A DNA stretch of 64,000 nucleotides from a virus: the IMG/VR virus record IMGVR_UViG_3300022225_001767; one strand, written 5' to 3'. The translations under genes and the position numbers were made by a program. The notes beneath the pieces were generated by a model. It was not told where the DNA came from, searched no databases, and saw only the letters and a program-made list of their open reading frames with translations. How positions within the stretch are numbered: position 1 is the stretch's first letter; every line of letters begins with the position of its first letter. Shown here piece after piece: positions 20,888 through 31,332 of the stretch.

Positions 20888-21817
20888 ATGAAATTCACTA
20901 CTTCATTTATCAATGCGGCCCTTACACGTCTACGTAACAGCATGACGCTTCATACCTCACGCGATCGTGTTTCCGCTGCCATTAAGCAGATGGCCTACAA
21001 AGCCAATGATGAGGACAAAACACAACTCGATACGCTACGCCATCAACTCGATACGCTTACGCTTGAAGATGCACCGATGGACAGAAAGCGCGCGCAAGAA
21101 ACATTGGCAACGATCCTTACCGGTCAGAATTATGCCCTTTTGAAGCGCGATGCAGATGCGCCACTCTCGCCCACGCACAATGATTTTAATGCGGCGAAGG
21201 GTATGTTGAACAACGCATTGAGCATGATCAATGATATGCAACATTATGAGCGAGAATCTGAACGCGCTTACAATAAGCTACTTAAATTGTTAACCGACAA
21301 TGCAGGTGATGCAGCTGCTGTAAAAGGAGATGCGCTTTCACCATGGACGAGCAATGCAGCCCTGTGCGCTTACTACCGCGACAAACTCATTGAACACAAA
21401 TCGTCGTTTAAATTCCGCATTAAAGACCTAGACGGCCCCATGTTTAGCCGTTCAGGCAGTGATGCCTATGAGGTTAAGGTTTCTTTCCTTTTTGGTGGCC
21501 ACAGCATCAATGTTCTTTGGGAAGTTAAAAACAATGAGTATGCTGAGTTTGACGATGAGTTTGTTTCTGTTGAACTTGATGGCGACGACATTGAATCTGT
21601 CACATCCAGTGAACCGTGCAACAATGGGCATTATGTTTTTGACTTATTCAACGACATAATGTCAGATTACTTACGCGACAACGTTCGGTTAGGTGACGAT
21701 GACGTGTGCTCTCCTGATGAAGCATCACGTGACGCCGAGAGGGAACTCGCTTTGCAAGCGTTGACAATGGGTCACCGTTGGTTCGAGAAGCAAAAAAAGA
21801 GAGAAAAACACTCGTGA
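20888..21817 (+). CDS. Helical-motif family protein (unit E)
   Basis: RAQETLATILTGQNYALLK motif. Confidence 0.78.
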   Translation: MKFTTSFINAALTRLRNSMTLHTSRDRVSAAIKQMAYKANDEDKTQLDTLRHQLDTLTLEDAPMDRKRAQETLATILTGQNYALLKRDADAPLSPTHNDFNAAKGMLNNALSMINDMQHYERESERAYNKLLKLLTDNAGDAAAVKGDALSPWTSNAALCAYYRDKLIEHKSSFKFRIKDLDGPMFSRSGSDAYEVKVSFLFGGHSINVLWEVKNNEYAEFDDEFVSVELDGDDIESVTSSEPCNNGHYVFDLFNDIMSDYLRDNVRLGDDDVCSPDEASRDAERELALQALTMGHRWFEKQKKREKHS

Positions 21818-22440
21818 ATTTAATAAAAGAGGTGGCGGCATTGTCGCCACTTCGCCGTAATCAACAAATCATGTCGTTCTACCTACTGTTTGTCAATGCG
21901 TTGCTTGGCGCAGCAATTGTCATGCTGTACGTTGATTTATTTAATGCAGATGGACTAGTGCTTAAAAACTATGCGCTGTCAGTACTTGGCCTTGCTATTT
22001 TCATTCCTGCCTTAGGGAAAATGGCTAAAGAGCATCCTATGAAAACCTTTCATATCGCCATTGGTTTTGAGGTGCTCGCTTTTGTTTTCTATATGCTTAC
22101 AATCTATGACGTTTTTCCTCACGTGATATTGCCGATTGCGACAATTGTTACGTATTCTTCAAATATTATTATGTCGCCCATACTCAACCAAACCACCAGC
22201 ATTGTTACCGCAGGTTGCGCTGACTATTCGTTACTTAAATCAAAGCTTGATATGCTCTATACCGCAATAGGTGCGGCGGTAGGTGCCTGCTTTGTGATCT
22301 TTGACGTCCACCTTACCGTCGTCATGGTAAGTTACGCGTCAGCATTGATTATGGCGCGCTATTATCGCCACAAAGTGTTAACTGAAATATATAAGGACAC
22401 GCCAGAAAACATCCTTGATGGCGACGCCTCAAAAGCATAA
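21814..22440 (+). CDS. multi-pass membrane protein
   Basis: GTGA overlap; about 6 hydrophobic segments. Confidence 0.72.
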   Translation: MNLIKEVAALSPLRRNQQIMSFYLLFVNALLGAAIVMLYVDLFNADGLVLKNYALSVLGLAIFIPALGKMAKEHPMKTFHIAIGFEVLAFVFYMLTIYDVFPHVILPIATIVTYSSNIIMSPILNQTTSIVTAGCADYSLLKSKLDMLYTAIGAAVGACFVIFDVHLTVVMVSYASALIMARYYRHKVLTEIYKDTPENILDGDASKA

Positions 22441-22503
22441 AAAGATTGCATTTAGCCTCTCTTTTTGAGACAATAAAAACGTCAACACAACAGGAGAAAC
22501 TTC

Positions 22504-23004
22504 ATGCCAACATCTGTTTATCCGGCAGAGCACCCGGTAGCGATACAAGATAGCTTCGCATTGCCTTTGCGTGTCGTCAGCGAGCAGGTTGTCGCGTTAG
22601 ATAAGATTGCTACCATACTGGCAACGAATCTGTCGAAAAGCGACTTGCTGAGTGAAACGTGTATCACCGCACACCGCACTGCTATCACTAATATGCTGTC
22701 ATTCCGCGACGCCCTGATGGCGGCCGAGGATGCCGTGGGTTACCGCGACCAGAGTCGCCTGCTTACTGGCATTAGCGAAGCGCGAATTGTGACCGACCCG
22801 AATCCACCAGCATATACGGAAGAAGAGGAGTTTGACCTTCTCATTGAACAAGACATTCGTTTTCGCACCGTGTTTTCTGAGCTTGAGCGATTCAAAGACA
22901 CTTCACTTGTTGCGCCTGACTATCAAGACGCAATCACTGAGCTTAGCGCGTTCGTTTGCCAACACATTCGCTCAGCGAAGTATATCGTTCAAGCCTATCT
23001 TTAA
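22504..23004 (+). CDS. hypothetical protein
   Basis: ATG after cassette. Confidence 0.72.
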   Translation: MPTSVYPAEHPVAIQDSFALPLRVVSEQVVALDKIATILATNLSKSDLLSETCITAHRTAITNMLSFRDALMAAEDAVGYRDQSRLLTGISEARIVTDPNPPAYTEEEEFDLLIEQDIRFRTVFSELERFKDTSLVAPDYQDAITELSAFVCQHIRSAKYIVQAYL

Positions 23005-23047
23005 TTAATGGAGGGCGGCACATCGGCCGCTCTCAAGAGGACTTCTT

Positions 23048-23305
23048 ATGTCAGATACACTATTTAAGTCGAGCTACTACGATCAGTACTTTACGGAAGA
23101 TTGCGTTGAACGTGCGCTTGAGGAATATGAAAGCTTCTGCAAACGTGACAACTTGCCATTTGAGATCGGTGACGATGTGGAACACGCCCTCGAAGCGCTT
23201 AAAATGGAACGTGATGCAGGTGAGGACGCGATGCTAAACACCGTGATGTACCACGCCATTGAAATCATGGGCATGGAAAACCCTAATGATGATGACGATG
23301 ATTAG
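23048..23305 (+). CDS. small highly acidic protein
   Basis: GAGG RBS; D/E-rich. Confidence 0.72.
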   Translation: MSDTLFKSSYYDQYFTEDCVERALEEYESFCKRDNLPFEIGDDVEHALEALKMERDAGEDAMLNTVMYHAIEIMGMENPNDDDDD

Positions 23306-23348
23306 TTTAATGAGTGATTGCTGGTTCCGACAGCGATAGCCACGACAA

Positions 23349-23693
23349 ATGAACTCAATTCATCGCAAACAAGATAAGGCCCGGGTCGACACCATTGTCA
23401 TCCCAGCCTATTACATCCCATTGTCGAGTATACGTCGCCTGTATAAGCGATATGCTCACCCACAGCATGACACGGGCTCATTGTGCAACATCATCGAGAA
23501 CGTGGCATTACTCGCCTCTGAGCTTAAGCAAACACAGGTGGAGATAGAGCACCTTCAAGCGCGCGTCGTTGGCGACATGACACGTATATCGGCGTTACAA
23601 CAACACTACCACCTTGTACTTAATCTCAAAGCGCACGTTCATCAATTTGGTAGCGCACGGGAAACCACGTTAGCGCTGACGATGCTTGGCTAA
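23349..23693 (+). CDS. hypothetical protein
   Basis: 114-aa ORF. Confidence 0.55.
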   Translation: MNSIHRKQDKARVDTIVIPAYYIPLSSIRRLYKRYAHPQHDTGSLCNIIENVALLASELKQTQVEIEHLQARVVGDMTRISALQQHYHLVLNLKAHVHQFGSARETTLALTMLG

Positions 23694-23763
23694 CCACATT
23701 GACATGTTGACATCACTCACAGAATTTGAGACACTGACATTGTCAACACAACAAGGAATACAC

Positions 23764-24189
23764 ATGCTTTCACATACCCCTATTTATAAAAACGACGACA
23801 AGCAAGCCGTACTTGGTTATGAGCTGTCATTTGCGCTACGCGTTGGTAACGTCAGCCTTAATGTGCTGTATGAAGAAGACGAAGATGGCTCCGCGTCAAT
23901 TGTCGTCAAAAGCGCCTACAAGCCACTGAACTTGACCGTTGATGTTGTTTTTGAAGATAAGCCAACACCCACCATCCAAAAAAATGACGACGAGCAAACA
24001 GCGACCGTTAATTTCCACGATTGCAGTGTTGTAGCAAGTTGGAAAAGGTTGCCTTCATGCACTGACGGCAACGGCTTTATTCAAGTTGAAATTGTTGAGA
24101 CCGACATTGATGGCTCTAAGGCTGTCCTCGCTGAAGCAGGATTAAGCGGTTTAGGTATTTTGCAACTTGATGGGGTGCGCCTGCTATGA
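23764..24189 (+). CDS. hypothetical protein
   Basis: ATG after cassette. Confidence 0.72.
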   Translation: MLSHTPIYKNDDKQAVLGYELSFALRVGNVSLNVLYEEDEDGSASIVVKSAYKPLNLTVDVVFEDKPTPTIQKNDDEQTATVNFHDCSVVASWKRLPSCTDGNGFIQVEIVETDIDGSKAVLAEAGLSGLGILQLDGVRLL

Positions 24190-24605
24190 GTCTCTTAGAT
24201 CGTGTTTTGTCATCAAAAATCACACCGGCACCGCTGCCTGAAATAGCGGCGAAACTTGGGGCGTCTTACGATGATATTGAGGACCTCAACTTGCCTTTCT
24301 ATGACATCGCCACATCGAGCTATCCAGACAGTTACATCATTGTAAAAACGGCGCTGTATACGCATCAAAATGCTTCATGTATGATGCTGTCTAGCGATTT
24401 ATATGATGAGAACGGTAACGGTGATCATGTTGATTCATTGCTTGACGCAGAATCACCGTGCAGCTTCGCTTCTGGACTCATGGAGACATGGACGCTTGAT
24501 CTCAGTCTCAGTAAAGCGCGGATTGACGCCATCCGAGACATTGTGAAAGCAACGGTTGCCGCCAACCTTGACGGTGAGCTCGCAGAAGACTTTAAAAATT
24601 GGTAA
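24186..24605 (+). CDS. hypothetical acidic protein
   Basis: ATGA overlap. Confidence 0.72.
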   Translation: MSLLDRVLSSKITPAPLPEIAAKLGASYDDIEDLNLPFYDIATSSYPDSYIIVKTALYTHQNASCMMLSSDLYDENGNGDHVDSLLDAESPCSFASGLMETWTLDLSLSKARIDAIRDIVKATVAANLDGELAEDFKNW

Positions 24606-24657
24606 TGATATGGCGAGAGCGCGTGCTTTCGCCACATCTCTTAAAAGGAAACTTATC

Positions 24658-24855
24658 ATGTTTAAAGAAGGTGAAAAGGTGCGTTTTATCAAGGCGCACG
24701 GCTCAATGAACGCTCACTTGAAAGCCCTAGAAGGACATGTTGGCACTGTATCATGTGACAGCTACTCGTATGGAAAAACGATGGTTCGATTCAACGATGC
24801 ACCCATGAAGCCTCAATTTAATATTGCCAATGAAAGGCTCGTCGCTGTGACGTGA
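24658..24855 (+). CDS. small beta-barrel-like hypothetical protein
   Basis: AAGGA RBS; MFKEGEKVRF...GTV...VRF pattern. Confidence 0.6.
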   Translation: MFKEGEKVRFIKAHGSMNAHLKALEGHVGTVSCDSYSYGKTMVRFNDAPMKPQFNIANERLVAVT

Positions 24856-24925
24856 CACTAAAACATTGACAACGCCCACATGTTTTGAGATACTTGATTT
24901 GTCAACACAACATGGAGCGGCACTC

Positions 24926-25522
24926 ATGCCAACATTTACTATTTACCAAGAAACCGATGCACTGAACCCACGCGAAGCTGAGAACAAAGGCCGAATGCTG
25001 TGCAAACATCGTCGCTATATATTAGGCGATGTTGATGCTTCTGGTGATCTTTCAGATATGATTTCTGGGCATCCTGATTTTGATTCAGTATCTGCCGACT
25101 TTGACCGCCAAGATCCTGCATCATTGTTTCGACTGGCTCAAGGTTTAGGCATTATTGCCGTCTACTTGGAACTGCATCTTTACGACCACTCTGGCATCAC
25201 CATGTCAACGATCCCGTTCTCATGCGCTTTTGATAGCGGACAGGTCGGAGTCATTTACATGACGCACAGCGACATGGACACCTATTATGGCGGCACTGAA
25301 GCTCACCACTGCAACCAAGCTAAAGAACACATGAAAGCCGAGGTTAAAGCGTACGACGCCTTTATTTCGGAAGACACTTTCGGCTTTCTTCTGGTCGATG
25401 ATGACGGCACGATGATTTGCGAACGTTCTGGCTATGAAGGCTGTGACATCGAGTCTAATGGTATGCTCAATGACATTGATGCGCAATATCACGAGTTAGT
25501 GCGCAAGTCCGTAAACGCCTAG
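24926..25522 (+). CDS. phage/plasmid-type hypothetical protein
   Basis: LYDHSGITMST...FDSGQVG segment; after cassette. Confidence 0.75.
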   Translation: MPTFTIYQETDALNPREAENKGRMLCKHRRYILGDVDASGDLSDMISGHPDFDSVSADFDRQDPASLFRLAQGLGIIAVYLELHLYDHSGITMSTIPFSCAFDSGQVGVIYMTHSDMDTYYGGTEAHHCNQAKEHMKAEVKAYDAFISEDTFGFLLVDDDGTMICERSGYEGCDIESNGMLNDIDAQYHELVRKSVNA

Positions 25523-25585
25523 GCACCATTTTCTTTTTTTGACTAAACCACAGGGCCGCGGTCAGCGGCCTAATAAGGAATTGCT

Positions 25586-25945
25586 ATGACGCAAAAAACA
25601 AGCTACATCAAAACCCAGCTGTCACGCCTAGAAAACAAAAACAGCGATGGCCTTAAACCTTCTGTTCAACTGTATGGAGCCGTATCCGGCAAGACGAACC
25701 AACTTAGCGTTTCGCCAACGCAACTTGATGCCATCTCAACCGTGTTAATGATGGACGATTCAGGCGATGAAGCAAGCGCCTCAGCGCAAGAAAATGTGGG
25801 CAACGCCATTGCACAAATGCTTGGACTAAAGACAGGTGCTGATGGCCGCTATGTTACCAACCGTGGGGCCAAAACCGCACGTGGGTTGGGCGCAACCGTA
25901 CTGCAAACGATGGCGGAATCATTAAAATCTACCGCCGAGTCCTAA
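25586..25945 (+). CDS. hypothetical protein
   Basis: AAGGA RBS; terminator follows. Confidence 0.72.
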   Translation: MTQKTSYIKTQLSRLENKNSDGLKPSVQLYGAVSGKTNQLSVSPTQLDAISTVLMMDDSGDEASASAQENVGNAIAQMLGLKTGADGRYVTNRGAKTARGLGATVLQTMAESLKSTAES

Positions 25946-26039
25946 TTAATAATCAATCAACAACACAGAAGCGAGTTTCCCCCGCCATAACCTCGCTTCT
26001 TTTTTATTGACATTTTAATCAATACTGGTATTATTAACA

Positions 26040-26238
26040 CAAGTTTCGAGAGCGTTACGACGCTATGACCGAAATGTGTGTTGCAGCACACGCCGCCTAC
26101 CGCCCTTTGGGTGTTTGTTTTATACAGACCGGCCACTCTTGCACCATTGAATGCACACTTACGTTTATAATCGTTTACCGCGTGAGGCTTCAAGGTTAAT
26201 TGGTAGGGCTTGAACATTCACATTCGGAGAACGCTATT
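26040..26238 (+). ncRNA. Pseudoknotted leader RNA, unit F
   Basis: CCTACC 26096-26101 pairs GGTAGG 26202-26207 in loop of TTCAAG/CTTGAA stem; two 5' hairpins; TTGACA at 26007. Confidence 0.68.
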
Positions 26239-26865
26239 ATGAGCAACCCATTACGCCACCTTGCCACCGCCATTGTTACTGCTTGTCAAACTAAAGACAA
26301 CGCAAAACACGTCAAACAGAGCACCGTCCTTGATGTTCTTACTAAGCATGAAGGCTACAGAAGTATACAGGCGCGAGACAACGCAACTGCTACGCGTAAC
26401 GATGACAAACCACTGCCATCGGACGTTGTCGCATTGCGAGGGCTTCTTTACGCCAACTATCCACATTCTGACTTACTTCCCATAGAACTTGGTGAAGCCA
26501 TCACATTTAAAGGCTCCCTCGTTTCGCACCCTGATTGGGGATGCGATGCACCCTTCGCCGTCATGTGGGATTTACTCAGTAATGAACTACATGCAGCGGT
26601 CGATGAGCTTGAGCGCTGGAACCGCTTGTGCGACCGCCTTGAAGACGTTATTGAGTCTGGCACTGACGCTATAAACGAAGTGTTGATTGCTTTCCCACCA
26701 CGTATTGCGCAGTTTCTTCACGCAGAGTTTGATGAAGTGACCGACGACACCATGTTGCCTGTTAAACAGGCTGCGGAGAAATATCGCGCCCTAGAGCGCT
26801 TTCAATCTGATGTTGAGAGTGTCACGGATGCGCTTCGCAATGCCCGTTCGGCACAAGACAGATAA
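26239..26865 (+). CDS. Helical-motif family protein (unit F)
   Basis: VKQSTVLDVLTKHEGYRSIQA motif; GGAG RBS. Confidence 0.78.
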   Translation: MSNPLRHLATAIVTACQTKDNAKHVKQSTVLDVLTKHEGYRSIQARDNATATRNDDKPLPSDVVALRGLLYANYPHSDLLPIELGEAITFKGSLVSHPDWGCDAPFAVMWDLLSNELHAAVDELERWNRLCDRLEDVIESGTDAINEVLIAFPPRIAQFLHAEFDEVTDDTMLPVKQAAEKYRALERFQSDVESVTDALRNARSAQDR

Positions 26866-26951
26866 CCATCAATTTGTGGCCTGTGTTTGTTGACACAGGC
26901 TGTGTTTGTTGTTAATATAATAACCGTCAACACAACAACAGGAATGCACAC

Positions 26952-27194
26952 ATGAAAGTATCTCGTTTACTTGAACTCAACGAAGACCGTCGCATGAAAA
27001 AGGCGAAAACGGAAGACTTGCACGGTACGGTAACGGTCTCTGATACGCTCGCTTGCTTGGACACCTATACGTTCATCAGACAAAAAGAAGAAGGCTTCTA
27101 CTTGCTGAACGTTGACCCCCTCAGCGAAGAAATCACCAGCATTCTGGTTAAATCAGAGTTCCTCAGTGCAGACGTGCTGGCTATCTTTAAATAG
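26952..27194 (+). CDS. hypothetical protein
   Basis: ATG after cassette. Confidence 0.7.
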   Translation: MKVSRLLELNEDRRMKKAKTEDLHGTVTVSDTLACLDTYTFIRQKEEGFYLLNVDPLSEEITSILVKSEFLSADVLAIFK

Positions 27195-27261
27195 CCACTT
27201 CGTTTTACGCTACAGCTAGGCGCTTCGGCGCCTTCACAGTCTCATTGATAAAGGGAACGCC

Positions 27262-27753
27262 ATGTATAAGCATGTCACCGTTACGCTCATTCGCGCATTT
27301 TTTGCCAACGTTAAATCATTAGCTGTATTGGTTAACCGAGTGCCTGTCTTAACCTCAGATCAAGTGGGGGATGACGAGGTCTTTGAGCGTTTAGCATCGA
27401 CGCTGATCGCCCGGTTAAAGGAAGCCCATAGTCATGTGGACTACGGCATCTACGACGTCATTATGAGTACGACATCAGCAGAAGTGGATTGGGTTAAAAC
27501 CATCGACTACCTCACAGAGAAGAACATACCGCCCACATCGTCTGATACCGCCATGTATGTCAAAGAAGTCACGGTCACCGATCCTGACACGCAACTTCCC
27601 GTCGACATCGTTATCTACAAAGACCGTGGTACTGACGCCATGTTTGGCGTGGACAGCGCATACATATCAAGGCTCGGAGACGATGAAGGCGTGATCAGCC
27701 CTGTTAGCGGAAAAGGTGTTATTCTCGTTGAGCCAGAAGAAACCTCTTCCTAA
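27262..27753 (+). CDS. hypothetical protein
   Basis: 163-aa ORF with RBS. Confidence 0.7.
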   Translation: MYKHVTVTLIRAFFANVKSLAVLVNRVPVLTSDQVGDDEVFERLASTLIARLKEAHSHVDYGIYDVIMSTTSAEVDWVKTIDYLTEKNIPPTSSDTAMYVKEVTVTDPDTQLPVDIVIYKDRGTDAMFGVDSAYISRLGDDEGVISPVSGKGVILVEPEETSS

Positions 27754-27855
27754 CGAGCAGCGACAAGACGAACCAAGCCACCGTCAGCCTTTTTAATTAG
27801 ACCATGGCGACACAGCACACACTGTGATTGCCATGACTCCTACGGAGCCTTTGTT

Positions 27856-28326
27856 ATGTATATCACGACTTACGAAACGCGACACTTTGAGTTTATTGCC
27901 GTAGGCACCACGCCTGAGAGCGCCAAGACTGGACTGGACAGTGCCGTTCAGCGCCACGGTAAGATCTACCCTGACTGCAACGCAGAAGAACTGTTAAACG
28001 ACATTAGAGATGACGGCGTTAACCTCTACTTTATCCCCTGCGGAGAAGGCATCAATATGCTTTCTTCAGACTGCGAGACATTTAACGGCCCGCATAACAA
28101 TGTCAGCGTTCCGTTAACCATTAACATCTATAACGGCATAACGCCAACCAACCCAGCGCCAACGCAACGCTGCATCCCGCTTCATGGTGTTAGCGACATG
28201 CTGAGTCATGCGTCCCAATTACTTGCTGCACGAAAGGCGTTACGTGAAGGGCGTATAACCGAAGCCGCATTCGATGCACTGTTCGATGAACTTGATGAGT
28301 CATTGTCGACATACTTGTCTGAATAA
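27856..28326 (+). CDS. hypothetical protein
   Basis: GGAG RBS. Confidence 0.7.
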   Translation: MYITTYETRHFEFIAVGTTPESAKTGLDSAVQRHGKIYPDCNAEELLNDIRDDGVNLYFIPCGEGINMLSSDCETFNGPHNNVSVPLTINIYNGITPTNPAPTQRCIPLHGVSDMLSHASQLLAARKALREGRITEAAFDALFDELDESLSTYLSE

Positions 28327-28389
28327 ATTTTGTTGCACTTTGTCAAATTTATTGATATATTTAAACTGTCAACACAACAGGAGAGAAAC

Positions 28390-28587
28390 ATGCACCTTAG
28401 TCAACTTATCGACAACGCTTGCGAGGCTGTAACCAACATTAACCTTACGCTGCAAAAAAGCAAGATGGCGCTCATGTCAGATGCCTCATTCACACAAGAG
28501 CAAAAGCAAGCCATTTTAACAATGCTGGAGCCAACTGAAAGCGCAATATCACAAGCTACTCAAAGCTTCGTCATTTCGGAAGAGTAA
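28390..28587 (+). CDS. small hypothetical protein
   Basis: ATG after cassette. Confidence 0.65.
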   Translation: MHLSQLIDNACEAVTNINLTLQKSKMALMSDASFTQEQKQAILTMLEPTESAISQATQSFVISEE

Positions 28588-28681
28588 TCTTTCCTTAATT
28601 CACGCGACACACTTGTCGGAAATATTGACAACGCTCTCTGACTTTGAGACGCTGACATGGTCAACACAACAGGAGAATGCC

Positions 28682-28918
28682 ATGACGCTTAATGACTTTG
28701 TCTTATCTCGCCAACGAGCAATAAGCGCTAATTTTGCATTACGTAATCGCGCTCCCTACTCCCGACAACGCAATCCTGAAAGGGTGCTTCAATGGCGTGC
28801 GCAGCAGCGTGCTACAATACGCCGTTTCATCCAGGAAGTCAGGCTTTCGGAAAACAAAGATACCGCTCATATCATGAGTAAGGCCGTCGCCAACTTGGTG
28901 ACACCTAAGTTTAACTAA
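28682..28918 (+). CDS. small basic hypothetical protein
   Basis: ATG after cassette. Confidence 0.65.
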   Translation: MTLNDFVLSRQRAISANFALRNRAPYSRQRNPERVLQWRAQQRATIRRFIQEVRLSENKDTAHIMSKAVANLVTPKFN

Positions 28919-28942
28919 TACGAGCAATATGTCGGTTTCTTA

Positions 28943-28993
28943 TTGACAACACTCTCAGTTTTTGAGATACTAATCCTGTCAACACAACAGGAG
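28943..28993 (+). promoter_or_regulatory. Box-type promoter cassette (closest to consensus)
   Basis: TTGACAacactctcagtttttgaGATACTaatcctGTCAACACAACAGGAG. Confidence 0.85.
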
Positions 28994-28999
28994 AGAGAC

Positions 29000-29269
29000 A
29001 TGGCTTTATCTGAACAAGCAATGATCAGCAAAATCAATAAGGCGCTACCAGAAGCGAACGCCGTACCTATGGCTGAATTTTACGGCGACCCGTCACGTAA
29101 AGGCATCTGGCTACGAGGCAGCGAAGAGTTTGCATCAGATGGTTTACCTATCTTTAACGCAGGCACTATCGAGGACGCTCTGCACCCTACACTACAAGCT
29201 ATCGTCGATGACAATGGCTGGTACGGCGAACCCTATGACGGTGGCACGCTAATGCTATACAAGGTGTAG
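29000..29269 (+). CDS. hypothetical protein
   Basis: ATG after cassette. Confidence 0.72.
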   Translation: MALSEQAMISKINKALPEANAVPMAEFYGDPSRKGIWLRGSEEFASDGLPIFNAGTIEDALHPTLQAIVDDNGWYGEPYDGGTLMLYKV

Positions 29270-29271
29270 CC

Positions 29272-29577
29272 GTGTGCTGGGCCACGCCTTATATCACTAA
29301 GTTGCAGCGAGGCGAAACCGTGTCGTTTCGTCCGCGAGGCAACTCAATGACAGGGCGCATATCGTCAGGACAAAAGGTCACCGTGCGCCCTCTTGGCAGC
29401 GACGAGGGCCTTAAAAAACGTGATATTGTGCTCTGTACGGTATCAGGGGTGCAGTATTTGCACCTTGTCACTGCGGTGCAGCCAGGTCGCGTCCAAATAT
29501 CCAACAACCACGGCAAGGTTAATGGGTGGACACCGATAAAAAATATTTACGGCAAGTGCATCCGCGTAGAACCGTAG
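29272..29577 (+). CDS. S24/S26 peptidase-like domain protein
   Basis: FRPRGNSM...GQKVTVRP...DIVLC...YLHLV resembles the LexA/signal-peptidase fold. Confidence 0.65.
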   Translation: MCWATPYITKLQRGETVSFRPRGNSMTGRISSGQKVTVRPLGSDEGLKKRDIVLCTVSGVQYLHLVTAVQPGRVQISNNHGKVNGWTPIKNIYGKCIRVEP

Positions 29578-29611
29578 GTGCACATGTTAAAAACGAGTTG
29601 AGGAAATAACG

Positions 29612-29821
29612 ATGGCGAATAAAAGACGCCCTTACGGGATTTATAAAGGCAACCCTGAACACATCTCGCCCTACGGGCCGGATGTTGCAGACTGCCAAGA
29701 GTTTCTTCCTCAGGGAGAACGCATTCGCAACAAGAAAGCGAAACGTCGCTACCACAACAAAGTGGCACGAGCGACGGCTAAAAAAGCCATGAACGACGAT
29801 GTTCGCGATAGCTTTTCTTGA
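29612..29821 (+). CDS. small basic hypothetical protein
   Basis: GAGGA RBS. Confidence 0.65.
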   Translation: MANKRRPYGIYKGNPEHISPYGPDVADCQEFLPQGERIRNKKAKRRYHNKVARATAKKAMNDDVRDSFS

Positions 29822-29906
29822 TTTTTCTGGATGTTCTTCACGCGATTATTGACAAAAAACACAGCTTTTGCAATACTCGCTCTGTCAGCACAACAGAGGA
29901 AATATT

Positions 29907-30191
29907 ATGGTCTTACGCAACATCCCAACGGTCTACATATCCGTACTTGAAAATGGCACTTTCAATATGGTCGACCGTCATGTAAATTTTCGTGTAGGCG
30001 ACGAGGGGCAACTTTTTTGTTCAGACATCGACGCCATCAGCTACGATTGCGAAGTCAGAGGCTATCAGTGGATTGCCCCTGCACTTGAACAATGGGCAAA
30101 GAAGCAAAAGGGCTACTGGGAATGGGAGAATGCGGAAACTATTGTTTTCGTACACGAAAGTGATCAGGTTCGTTTTCGAGCCCCACAATAA
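29907..30191 (+). CDS. hypothetical protein
   Basis: ATG after cassette. Confidence 0.7.
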   Translation: MVLRNIPTVYISVLENGTFNMVDRHVNFRVGDEGQLFCSDIDAISYDCEVRGYQWIAPALEQWAKKQKGYWEWENAETIVFVHESDQVRFRAPQ

Positions 30192-30241
30192 ACAATGAGG
30201 GGGGCACCCCTTATTCAATCTATGCAAAATAAGGTTTATCT

Positions 30242-30613
30242 ATGAACAACGCATCACAACCACAGGGCGACACCCTTTATCTTAGCCGACAGATTGCCGC
30301 ACGCCTCACCGATTTCGTCAAGGCAACCAAATCGCCCATTATTATCACCAACCCGTGGTTGGCTCAGGCGCTGTTTATGCTAAAGCGAACATTGCCGCTT
30401 CGTTATGATAACGCGCCATATGCTGATTTAGAGTACTTGTTTACGCAATACCCTGGCTTCTCTATTGCATTTGTTAACGAAAACATTGCAATTGGATGGG
30501 AAGGTTGCAACGACAACCCCTTAATACCCATTGACCTTGCGACGTTAGGTAATATGCTTTGCCCTACATCACGGGCGACGCTGCGAAGCATCATTGATTT
30601 GGATGAACAATAA
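30242..30613 (+). CDS. hypothetical protein
   Basis: AAGG RBS. Confidence 0.65.
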   Translation: MNNASQPQGDTLYLSRQIAARLTDFVKATKSPIIITNPWLAQALFMLKRTLPLRYDNAPYADLEYLFTQYPGFSIAFVNENIAIGWEGCNDNPLIPIDLATLGNMLCPTSRATLRSIIDLDEQ

Positions 30614-30963
30614 TGTCACGACTATCATCTAAAGCGATAAACGCCTTTCTCAGCGAGAACTTTGGAGGTGAACTCTCTGCTAATGTGGCCGCCAGCACGA
30701 CATCTGAACTCGTTCAGATCATGACGGATGCAGGCATCCCACCCGGCGAACCCGAAAATGACAGCGTGCTTTTAAGCGATATTCGCGATGTCATCGTTGA
30801 GCTTGCGGCAGTATACGAGTGTTTGCTTAACACGACGAACACGGGCGCGCCACTGGCAATTGACATCCCCTCAATAGAGACACCATTAGGGCAGCGTATC
30901 AACGACATCTTACCTCGCCCAGGTGAAACCCCTAACATCAACGATAACAAAGGCAGAGATTAA
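30613..30963 (+). CDS. hypothetical protein
   Basis: TAATG overlap. Confidence 0.68.
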   Translation: MSRLSSKAINAFLSENFGGELSANVAASTTSELVQIMTDAGIPPGEPENDSVLLSDIRDVIVELAAVYECLLNTTNTGAPLAIDIPSIETPLGQRINDILPRPGETPNINDNKGRD

Positions 30964-30964
30964 C

Positions 30965-31243
30965 ATGGGCCCTTACGACAACGAGACCGGCAAGTACCTC
31001 TTTGACAATGATATTATGTCAGCACACTGGCTTTACCATGATGACAGTGAATCACTGTATATTATCGGGCGTGATGAGCACGGCTTTGAAGGCTATGGCA
31101 ATGATGATGACATCGAGGCGGCGCTTTTTGCGCTTACTGACAGCGAGTTAGACAATGACGCGCTCATGGAAAGCAAAGGCTTTACGCTTGTGCCAGACCC
31201 GCTACGCCGCTTTGGTGTGAATGAAGGTTATTACGCGGCATAA
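30965..31243 (+). CDS. small acidic hypothetical protein
   Basis: starts immediately after the upstream stop. Confidence 0.68.
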   Translation: MGPYDNETGKYLFDNDIMSAHWLYHDDSESLYIIGRDEHGFEGYGNDDDIEAALFALTDSELDNDALMESKGFTLVPDPLRRFGVNEGYYAA

Positions 31244-31332
31244 CGTTGCAAGAGGCGGCCTTTTGCCTAATTTACTTGACAACGCTCACACCATTTGAGA
31301 TACTTGTCTTGTCAACACAACAGGAGGCCGTC

